IMG/VR virus record: IMGVR_UViG_3300042366_000324
Location: 1-39,800 of that record
Origin: a virus
Taxonomy: Duplodnaviria > Caudoviricetes
Reading direction: 5' to 3' (one strand)
Length of the DNA stretch: 39,800 nucleotides
The notes under the pieces are model-generated. The model was not told the DNA's origin and ran no database searches. It saw only the letters and a list, made by a program, of their open reading frames with translations. The stretch's first letter is position 1; the number at the start of each line of letters is the position of its first letter. Made by a program: the position numbers and the translations under genes. Shown piece by piece: positions 28,659 to 35,717 of this stretch.

Positions 28659-28949
28659 ATGGCAGGGAAAAGCAAGGACAGCAGACTTACCCGTGCAGGA
28701 GTGTCCGGCTACAACAAACCCAAGCGCACACCCAACCACCCCACCAAGTCACACGTTGTCGTAGCGAAGTCTGGCAGCCAAGTCAAGACCATCCGCTTCG
28801 GCCAGCAGGGGGTATCCGGAAGCCCGAAAAAGAAGGGCGAGAGCGAATCCTACCGCAAGCGCAGAGAGTCCTTCAAAGCCCGCCACTCGTCCAACATCGC
28901 CAAAGGAACCATGTCCGCAGCCTATTGGGCCAACAAGGTCAAATGGTAA
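28659..28949 (+). CDS. Small basic conserved phage protein (KTIRFG..RR.SF.ARH..SAAYW..W family)
   Basis: Very Lys/Arg-rich; recognisable widespread aquatic-virus motif; purine-rich RBS. Confidence 0.8.
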   Translation: MAGKSKDSRLTRAGVSGYNKPKRTPNHPTKSHVVVAKSGSQVKTIRFGQQGVSGSPKKKGESESYRKRRESFKARHSSNIAKGTMSAAYWANKVKW

Positions 28950-29247
28950 AAACCCCCCACGGGCACAAAAAACTGATATAATCCTTGTGGCATAAGGGCC
29001 GCATCCATAAAAATGACCCCCCACCCCTATTCTGGGAAATTATTGCTCTGTCCCTGCACGAGATCCATCCATTATTGGTTGGTGGGGTAGGGGGCCCGCA
29101 CCCCCACCCCTCGATGTGTGCGCCGGAACGACACGAAACCGCACCAATACAACACCACACGCTGTGACAAGAAACCTGCCCCGCCTATTAGTGAACACAA
29201 CGTGCGCCGATAGCAACGGTGCTTGAGACAGAAAGAGAGACAAGGCT

Positions 29248-29397
29248 ATGAATGAGAGCGTCAAGGTTATTCGTGAGACGTTGCAGGCTCGTTCGTCTGC
29301 ATACGTCACGATGCACTGTATGGCTAGTGATGATGAGTCTGCAGATTACTGGTGGAATAAGCATCTAGACATGGAAGAGAAACTAGCGAGTTTCTAG
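29248..29397 (+). CDS. 49-aa early hypothetical protein (not in ORF track)
   Basis: MNESVKVIRETLQARSSAYVTMHCMASDDESADYWWNKHLDMEEKLASF*; purine-rich leader GAAAGAGAGACAAGG. Confidence 0.55.
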   Translation: MNESVKVIRETLQARSSAYVTMHCMASDDESADYWWNKHLDMEEKLASF

Positions 29398-29414
29398 CGT
29401 TCGGGCGCATAGGT

Positions 29415-29430
29415 TGATACTTGCGTATCA
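29415..29430. promoter_or_regulatory. Early palindrome 1, TGATAC-TTGC-GTATCA
   Basis: One of four copies; extends to an 18-bp G-U-rich hairpin (29403-29442). Confidence 0.7.
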
Positions 29431-29493
29431 GTTTGTGCGTCTCACGGTAGGCATCCGCTTGCCAATACACAAACATAGAAAGAGAGAGAAACA

Positions 29494-29940
29494 ATGGTGC
29501 AGAACAAGACGACTGCTAAGGCAGAGTCACGGAAGAGCAAGAGCAACTGGCTGTCGCATGAGGCACAGATCGAGAAAGGCTACGCCTTGGAAATCGACGG
29601 TTGGGTGCAAGCATCGCAAGAGGCTATGAAGTGGAAGTCAGTCTCTGAGTATGCGAAAGAGAGTGCGAAACTGTCTACGACGCATAGTCAGAACACTATC
29701 CGCCAGTATTGCGGTGACATTGCTAAGGGCATCAAGCATTACGGCTCTGCCGACAAGATGCTTGCCGCTTTCGATCAGAAATACACGGTACGCAACATCA
29801 CCGATTTGCGTTTGTTCTTGCGTGGTCTTGGGCAACGTGATGCAGGTAAGGCTGTCCGGTTTTCGGCTAAGCGTGAGGCGGAGAAGTTGGGCAAGCGTTA
29901 CACCAAGGCGCAGTTGCTTGAGATTGCCAAGTACCTGTAA
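29494..29940 (+). CDS. Early hypothetical protein (148 aa, basic, possibly DNA-binding)
   Basis: AC/AG-rich leader; clean ORF ending next to palindrome 2. Confidence 0.75.
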   Translation: MVQNKTTAKAESRKSKSNWLSHEAQIEKGYALEIDGWVQASQEAMKWKSVSEYAKESAKLSTTHSQNTIRQYCGDIAKGIKHYGSADKMLAAFDQKYTVRNITDLRLFLRGLGQRDAGKAVRFSAKREAEKLGKRYTKAQLLEIAKYL

Positions 29941-29959
29941 CTGATAGTCAAGTATCAGT
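29940..29959. promoter_or_regulatory. Early palindrome 2, ACTGATA-GTCAAG-TATCAGT
   Basis: 7-bp inverted repeat directly at the stop codon of 29494-29940. Confidence 0.7.
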
Positions 29960-30048
29960 CGCAACATGGTGAGAGTCCACCCGTTTTCCCCTTGACGGGT
30001 GGGCTCGACTCTGTAGTGCGACATCTACAGATACACAAGGAGAAAGAG

Positions 30049-30195
30049 ATGAGATACTATTACCGTTTCGTGGATTCCGTGTTGCGTTGGCTCACGGATG
30101 CTCGCCACGCCAACACCGTAGACAAACTGTTGATGGTCTGGATGACTGTCATGGTTTTGCTCTGTGTTCGCATACTGTTCTCTGTGGCGTTCTAA
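30049..30195 (+). CDS. 48-aa membrane peptide
   Basis: SD AAGGAG; C-terminal hydrophobic LLMVWMTVMVLLCVRILFSVAF. Confidence 0.6.
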   Translation: MRYYYRFVDSVLRWLTDARHANTVDKLLMVWMTVMVLLCVRILFSVAF

Positions 30196-30272
30196 TGGCG
30201 TTCACAGACACGAGCACAAACGGGTACGTCTTGTGGGCAATCTCACGGGATGATTACAATGAGGGTTTCCCT

Positions 30273-30290
30273 CTGATATTTGCGTATCAG
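30273..30290. promoter_or_regulatory. Early palindrome 3, CTGATA-TTTGCG-TATCAG
   Basis: Upstream of the amidoligase; shares TTGCGTATCAGTTTG with copy 1. Confidence 0.7.
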
Positions 30291-30340
30291 TTTGGGGATG
30301 CAATAAATACACAGACACAAACAAACAAAGGAGAAATGAA

Positions 30341-31360
30341 ATGACTACCGATAATGACTTCGTATCTTGCTACGACTGTCCGGAAGAGTTTGATCCTGAT
30401 GACATGTACCTCAGCGATTGGGATGACAACTTGCGTTGCGAGTCGTGTCATCACAGTCATGTTGATGATCGTGAGCGTGAGGAGTATGAGAACTCTCGTG
30501 AGTACACGTACATTGACAACTATGGCGAGAAGCCGTCTCCTCGTTTCCACGATGAGGACGGCAACAACTCGTACTATGTGCGTTACATCGACGGTAGCGA
30601 TCATGTGACGCCGTTGTACATGGGCATGGAGGTTGAGGTCGAGCGCACCCGTCACGGTGAGAGTCTCGATGATGCTGCTTGTGCCGTGAGAACAATGTGT
30701 GGCATGAACGTCGTGTATTGCAAGGAGGACGGTTCACTTAGTGACGGATTCGAGATCGTTACCCATCCGGGGACGCTCGGTTTCTTCATGGATCGTTTCC
30801 GTTGGGATGGTATATCTCAACTCAAGCAGATGGGTTTCTCGTCGTGGAACGCCCGTTCGTGTGGGTTGCATATCCATATGTCCCGTAGTGCCTTCACCGG
30901 TGTTCGGCACATGACATCGTTCATTCACTTCCTGTACACGAACCGTTATCCGATGGTGCGGTTTGCTGGGCGTGAGTCTACGTATGCGTCGTGGTCTAAG
31001 GACACGTTGCTCAATGCGTACAACGATTGGAGCACCGACGACGTGCGTCGTCCGTCTATTGCCAAGTTCGTCAAGGACGAGCAGCGCAATAACGAGCGTT
31101 ACACGGCTGTCAATCTCCGTAATCGTGACACCATCGAGTTGCGTTTCTTCCGTCCGTCTCTAAACACGGACACGCTCAAGGCTGCTCTGCAGTTGTGCGA
31201 CGCTGCTCACCAATACACCAACGTACTAACCGTGCGTGACATGGCTGTGAACAACGCTCTTGGTTTCAAGTCGTTCCGTTCATGGCTTGACACTCAGGGC
31301 GACAAGTACCAGATCCTCAGTAACCGCATCGACGCTCGTTGCGCCGAGGATCTCATCTGA
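30341..31360 (+). CDS. Putative amidoligase (COOH-NH2 ligase, glutamine-synthetase fold) with N-terminal zinc ribbon
   Basis: GMEVEVE, EDGSL..GFEIVTHP, CGLHIH, RYTAVN, TIELRFF motifs; CYDC/CESC at N-terminus; SD AAGGAG. Confidence 0.85.
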   Translation: MTTDNDFVSCYDCPEEFDPDDMYLSDWDDNLRCESCHHSHVDDREREEYENSREYTYIDNYGEKPSPRFHDEDGNNSYYVRYIDGSDHVTPLYMGMEVEVERTRHGESLDDAACAVRTMCGMNVVYCKEDGSLSDGFEIVTHPGTLGFFMDRFRWDGISQLKQMGFSSWNARSCGLHIHMSRSAFTGVRHMTSFIHFLYTNRYPMVRFAGRESTYASWSKDTLLNAYNDWSTDDVRRPSIAKFVKDEQRNNERYTAVNLRNRDTIELRFFRPSLNTDTLKAALQLCDAAHQYTNVLTVRDMAVNNALGFKSFRSWLDTQGDKYQILSNRIDARCAEDLI

Positions 31361-31373
31361 TACTCACGTATCA
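31358..31373. promoter_or_regulatory. Early palindrome 4, TGATAC-TCAC-GTATCA
   Basis: Begins on the amidoligase TGA stop codon, upstream of the GATase. Confidence 0.7.
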
Positions 31374-31411
31374 CTTCTACACACAAACAAACAAAAAGAA
31401 AGGACACAACT

Positions 31412-32365
31412 ATGTGTTTACTTACATTCATCCCTGATTACGTCAGCCCAGACATGGAGCGTTTCCGTGTTGCTGCACGTGCCAATCCAGACGGTTTCGG
31501 TTTCGCCATTCACTCTGGCAGAACCATCATCCGTCGTCACAGCATGAACTTCGAGAAACTCGCTAACGAGTTCACCGATCTTCGTGCCAAGCATCAAGGC
31601 CCTGCCACGTTCCACTTCCGGTGGGCTACGCACGGCTCAGAGACGCTTGACAACTGTCATCCGTTCCTGCTCGGTGGCGATCAGTCATCGGTCATGGCAC
31701 ACAACGGCATCCTGCCTGTCGATATCCGCAAGGGCGACAAGCGTTCGGACACCAAGGTGTTTGCGGAGGACTACATGCCCAACATCGGTGGCATTACTGC
31801 TCTCGATGACGAGGACTATTTCGTCAAGTTGGAAGAGTGGGCTAAGGGCTCCAAGTTGGTGTTCTTGACCACGAATCCCGATGCACAGAGTGACTGGTAC
31901 ATTCTCAACGAGCGTGACGGTCATTGGGACAAGGACATGTGGTGGTCGAATCACTCTTACGAGCAGCGTTCGTACATCTACACGCCACGTGACTACGGCA
32001 TGGGTTGGTACGGTTCCGGTTACGAGTGGTCTGCTGTCGACGGCGGTTGGGACGAGCCCGTTGCCATCGCCAGCGACGACTACGACGACGAGGCGTACAT
32101 CGGGTTGGAACACATCGAAGAGCAGATGAGTTTGTTCACGACACACATCGATCAAACCACAGACCTGATCGAGTGTTATGCGTGTGACAGCCGGTACAAT
32201 GTGCTCGCAGACACCATCAACACGGACTGCGACATTTGCTCAGCCTGCCTGTTCTGTGCCCGTTACAACTGCAACTGTTGGGACGACCTTCACCGTCAGG
32301 TAGATGTTGATGCTTGGAACTGGGAGGTAACTACCCACAACCGATCACCCATCACAAATAAATAA
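31412..32365 (+). CDS. Class II (Ntn) glutamine amidotransferase with acidic, Cys-rich C-terminal tail
   Basis: N-terminal nucleophile M-C; NPDGFG, HFRWATHG, NCHPF, HNGIL, SDT motifs. Confidence 0.9.
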   Translation: MCLLTFIPDYVSPDMERFRVAARANPDGFGFAIHSGRTIIRRHSMNFEKLANEFTDLRAKHQGPATFHFRWATHGSETLDNCHPFLLGGDQSSVMAHNGILPVDIRKGDKRSDTKVFAEDYMPNIGGITALDDEDYFVKLEEWAKGSKLVFLTTNPDAQSDWYILNERDGHWDKDMWWSNHSYEQRSYIYTPRDYGMGWYGSGYEWSAVDGGWDEPVAIASDDYDDEAYIGLEHIEEQMSLFTTHIDQTTDLIECYACDSRYNVLADTINTDCDICSACLFCARYNCNCWDDLHRQVDVDAWNWEVTTHNRSPITNK

Positions 32366-32394
32366 CACAAACATAAACACAAAGGAGAAAACCA

Positions 32395-32844
32395 ATGTCA
32401 ACAAAAACACGCATCCAACTAATGATCTACACAGAGGTTCGTGATTACCTAAACGACAATCTGGAAGAGATCGTTTCTCAACACATCAACTCACCCCTGT
32501 ACATCCGCAAGGTTCGTGATTGGGTCATGGAGTCGATCAACTGGAGAGCAGTCGCACTCGAAATAGGGTCGGCAGTACCAATGTCCTCGATTGCAAAAGA
32601 AATCCTTGAGAACGAGGACGTACAGTCAATCTTCGATAGCGACAGGTTTATCAATCATCTGGCGAGAAACGAAGGTATGCGTAACGCTTTGCGTCGTGCG
32701 CTAATCGACTTCTACGACTCACCGGACGGTGTGTCGACGATCGACGTTAGCGTGAAAAAGCAGATCACTAACGCTGCCAACATTGCAACCGAGCAGTCAC
32801 TCAAGTTGATTGCAGAAAGGATCATGGCCAACGGAGATGTATGA
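32395..32844 (+). CDS. Hypothetical helical protein (149 aa)
   Basis: SD AAGGAG and AC-rich leader. Confidence 0.75.
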   Translation: MSTKTRIQLMIYTEVRDYLNDNLEEIVSQHINSPLYIRKVRDWVMESINWRAVALEIGSAVPMSSIAKEILENEDVQSIFDSDRFINHLARNEGMRNALRRALIDFYDSPDGVSTIDVSVKKQITNAANIATEQSLKLIAERIMANGDV

Positions 32845-33118
32845 CATCTTTACACCGTACATAGGTGACATCACATGGATGGAGCAGGCGTCATGCAAGG
32901 GCATGCCGTCTGCATGGTGGCATCCAGATCATGGGATGTCCGCCGAACGTAAGCATGAGGTGAAACTAGCAAAGCAAATCTGCTCACGTTGCCCTGTGAC
33001 CGCCGAGTGTCTCGACTATGGGATGCAAACACGGTCATCGGGTACATACGGGGGGATAACCCTGCGTATTGGGCGAACACAAGACAGACACAAGAAAAAG
33101 GAGAACAACAATGCCTAA
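32837..33118 (+). CDS. whiB: WhiB-family Fe-S transcription factor
   Basis: W..QASC, AKQICSRCPVTAECLDYG, GTYGG: four Cys plus the G-x-W/Y-GG turn. Confidence 0.9.
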   Translation: MYDIFTPYIGDITWMEQASCKGMPSAWWHPDHGMSAERKHEVKLAKQICSRCPVTAECLDYGMQTRSSGTYGGITLRIGRTQDRHKKKENNNA

Positions 33119-33641
33119 CTGGGCTTACACAAAGATGAATGTTGCCGGCCCGACTAACGAACTCATCAGGTTCGTTGCGTCGTGTGTCGACGAGCACGGC
33201 AGGCCAAGCCTGAATCACATGTACCCCATCCCTCACGGGGTGAGAGACACTTACAATTGGTGCATCACCAACTGGGGATCGAAGTGGGGCGCACGTGACG
33301 TTGAGTTGACACTCACAGCAGAAACATGTGAGATCAGGTTCCAAGCAGCGTGGGCTCCGCCCGTGCTGTTGATCGAGCATCTATCCAAACTGTTCCCCAA
33401 CCTCGTGTTCGGGATGTACCACACGGAAGAGATGTGGCACTTCTACGGATACGAGGTGATAAAGAACGGCATTGTTCTTTCGTTCTACGAGAAAAGTTTC
33501 TCCGAGTTTCCGGAGTTTGATCTCGGAACAGAGGACGGAATCGATAAGTATCACGAATGGACGGATAGTGTGATAAAACATTTGAAAGAATCAGTTGATA
33601 GTGAAATAAGTTTCCATCTCACAGAGAAAGAGAGTGCATAA
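33111..33641 (+). CDS. DUF1281 / YubB ferredoxin-like domain protein
   Basis: MPNW start; YNWC..NWGSKW; F..AWAPP; LSKLFPNL.F..Y.EE. Confidence 0.8.
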   Translation: MPNWAYTKMNVAGPTNELIRFVASCVDEHGRPSLNHMYPIPHGVRDTYNWCITNWGSKWGARDVELTLTAETCEIRFQAAWAPPVLLIEHLSKLFPNLVFGMYHTEEMWHFYGYEVIKNGIVLSFYEKSFSEFPEFDLGTEDGIDKYHEWTDSVIKHLKESVDSEISFHLTEKESA

Positions 33642-33862
33642 TGTCAAACAATGAACCAAACGTAGAGGTGTTACTGTCTCTAAGCGAACTTAGAGCAGTA
33701 GTAAAGTCTCTTGCTATCGGCGTAGATCAATTGGCTAAGAAGTCAATGCGTCTCGGCGATAACCGCAGAAGCAACTCTGTGCAAGAGGAGTTAGAACTTC
33801 TCATCTCGGCTAAGTCTGAGATGGAAGATGTCCTGTCCGCCGCTCTAGGAGGTAAATCTTGA
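33641..33862 (+). CDS. Small helical hypothetical protein (73 aa)
   Basis: Coupled start/stop with neighbours. Confidence 0.7.
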   Translation: MSNNEPNVEVLLSLSELRAVVKSLAIGVDQLAKKSMRLGDNRRSNSVQEELELLISAKSEMEDVLSAALGGKS

Positions 33863-34305
33863 TAACCAGCATTCTTCTATCTGTTGCTATTTCTTGGGGG
33901 GGCCTTACGGCCCCCTCTCCCCATTTCGGGGTGCTGAAAGACGACACGAAACGATGCCCCGAACTTGAGGAAACCCTTATGGAATATGGGTTACAGCCGG
34001 TTCGTGTGTTTTCGTACATCGCTTGGCGTGAGTCACGATGTCGGGTCAAAGCACGGAACGCCCGATGGGACAGACATGGCAACATGGTGTACGCCCTGAA
34101 CAGCGACGGGTCATACGACTCGGGGCTACTGCAGATCAACTCTACGTGGCGCACAGTCACAGAGAACATCTGTGGGTCATGGGCAACTAGGAACAGGATG
34201 CAAGGACTCATGAAACTAGACTGCAACCTGCGTGTTGCGAAGTATCTACTGGAAAATGGTGGCTTAGGCCATTGGAGAATGGAGCAATATGAAACAAAGC
34301 GTTGA
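33859..34305 (+). CDS. Lytic transglycosylase (SLT/lysozyme-like) with N-terminal hydrophobic signal
   Basis: IAWRES (catalytic Glu), DSGLLQIN, CNLRVAKYL..G..HW; SD AGGAGG before TTG. Confidence 0.8.
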   Translation: MITSILLSVAISWGGLTAPSPHFGVLKDDTKRCPELEETLMEYGLQPVRVFSYIAWRESRCRVKARNARWDRHGNMVYALNSDGSYDSGLLQINSTWRTVTENICGSWATRNRMQGLMKLDCNLRVAKYLLENGGLGHWRMEQYETKR

Positions 34306-34330
34306 TCGATCAAACCACCCCTGCTATCGT

Positions 34331-34388
34331 GGGGGGGGAAAGGGGGGGGCCGACAAGTCGGCTCACCCGTCCTACGGGACGGGGAGCC
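34331..34388 (+). other. G-tract plus bulged-A hairpin element 2
   Basis: G8-AAA-G8, then GGCTC-A-CCCGTCC-TACG-GGACGGG-GAGCC. Confidence 0.6.
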
Positions 34389-34422
34389 TCCCAACACAAT
34401 CACAAAAAGAAAAGAGGAACAA

Positions 34423-35280
34423 GTGAGGTACGAGACGGATGGAAACGACCAGCGCATCTACGTACGCCAGTCATGGTTGAACGATGCGTTGATGTGCCAG
34501 CAGAGAGCGCACCTCATCGAGTTGCACCCGGAGGATCGTCGTGAGAACGACAGCGCCCTCATGGGTACTGCTGTGCATGCAGGCATCGAGCAAGTTCTGA
34601 ACGGGGAAATCTTCCCGTCGGACATCGGCGAGTATTCCGTCGAATGGTTCCGCAACAAGGAGAAAGAGTTGGAGGCGGAAGGCAAGTGCGTCACCGTCAC
34701 CAACACCGATCCGAAGAACTGGAGTAAGCACATCAACTCGATGGCTGTTGCTTGGGTAACGGACATCATGCCCCACGTTCCGGACGGTGGAGAAACAGAG
34801 TTCAAGTTCTGTGTCCCCATCACCCGTGTTCACAACAAGTTGTTCGAATACGAACTGTGGTTCGAAGGAACAGCAGACTACGTTCACCCCAAGGGAATCT
34901 GGGACTGGAAAACTGCTGCCCGTAAGTATTACGAGGCAGAAAAGCAGAACCAGAACATTCAGTCCTCTGTGTACGCAGCAGCCCTGACAGCATTGGGCAA
35001 GGTTGATTACACGGTGAACTTCAACTTCGGCGTCCTGATTCGCAATGCCAGTTCTACTGGTCAGATTGTGAACGTGACCCGAACGGAACGCCACGCCGAG
35101 TGGATCACTCAGCAGGCAATCAGCGTCGTCAACAGTTTCCTGTTGGCAACAAACCTAGGAGAAAGTGTTCCTAGGGTTATGAACGACCAGCATCACCTCT
35201 GCTCACAGCGGTGGTGTCCAGTCTGGTCGAAGTGCAAAGGCTCCATCATCGGAGACAACTACAACGCTCAGGAGGCGTAA
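34423..35280 (+). CDS. PD-(D/E)XK exonuclease, Cas4/RecB-like
   Basis: GTAVH, EGTADY..WDWKT, QSSVY; one N-terminal Cys plus C-x4-C-x5-C at the C-terminus (possible Fe-S ligands). Confidence 0.85.
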   Translation: MRYETDGNDQRIYVRQSWLNDALMCQQRAHLIELHPEDRRENDSALMGTAVHAGIEQVLNGEIFPSDIGEYSVEWFRNKEKELEAEGKCVTVTNTDPKNWSKHINSMAVAWVTDIMPHVPDGGETEFKFCVPITRVHNKLFEYELWFEGTADYVHPKGIWDWKTAARKYYEAEKQNQNIQSSVYAAALTALGKVDYTVNFNFGVLIRNASSTGQIVNVTRTERHAEWITQQAISVVNSFLLATNLGESVPRVMNDQHHLCSQRWCPVWSKCKGSIIGDNYNAQEA

Positions 35281-35282
35281 AC

Positions 35283-35717
35283 ATGGATAAGGACAAGGCA
35301 ATCATCACACAGGTTTCCGCAAAGATTGCGGCAGACCTTTGCAATAAGGATCAGGGAGTTGACGAGAAGATCGGCGAGTTTGCAACGCTGTTCTCCTCCA
35401 TCAACGACATCATGATGGACACTATCTACGGCGGTAAGTTGACCGCAGCCGAGTCGGCAGCACAGACGAACAACGTCGTGTCGATGGTCAAGGAAGCGTT
35501 CAACGCAACCGAAGTTGAGTCCGCAACCCCGTTCACCGGTGTCACCATCGTCGGTCAACAGCACGGCCCGATCCCCGAATGGCTGATCAAGGCTTGCAAG
35601 CGTGACGGCATTGACCGGGTGTACGACAACCGTGATGGACTGACGCAGAATCCGAAGCGTCCGCACTTCAAGGCTGTGAACGCCGAGAAGGCTTACTGGC
35701 CGCCACGGAGTAAGTAA
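35283..35717 (+). CDS. Hypothetical replication-module protein
   Basis: ATG after SD AGGAGG; C-terminal YDNR..NPKRPHFK..YWP motif. Confidence 0.7.
   Translation: MDKDKAIITQVSAKIAADLCNKDQGVDEKIGEFATLFSSINDIMMDTIYGGKLTAAESAAQTNNVVSMVKEAFNATEVESATPFTGVTIVGQQHGPIPEWLIKACKRDGIDRVYDNRDGLTQNPKRPHFKAVNAEKAYWPPRSK

Noticed and set aside
30195-30344. 49-aa ORF MAFTDTSTNG... coupled to the membrane peptide
   Set aside because: Runs through palindrome 3 and the AC-rich leader (TQTQTNKG); coding status is not supportable, though not excluded
29403-31373. Palindrome series as a mini-CRISPR array
   Set aside because: Copies are only 16-20 bp and are separated by 300-1100 nt of coding sequence
33898-33915. 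GGGGGCC-TTAC-GGCCCCC hairpin
   Set aside because: Inside the transglycosylase coding sequence, single occurrence, no adjacent U-tract; function not supportable
34302-34544. 80-aa ORF across G-tract element 2 (and 28521-28739 across element 1)
   Set aside because: Low-complexity translations of structured intergenic DNA that overlap better-supported genes
34423-35280. Cas4-like nuclease as part of a CRISPR system
   Set aside because: No array or other cas genes; stand-alone Cas4/RecB-like nucleases are common in phage replication modules
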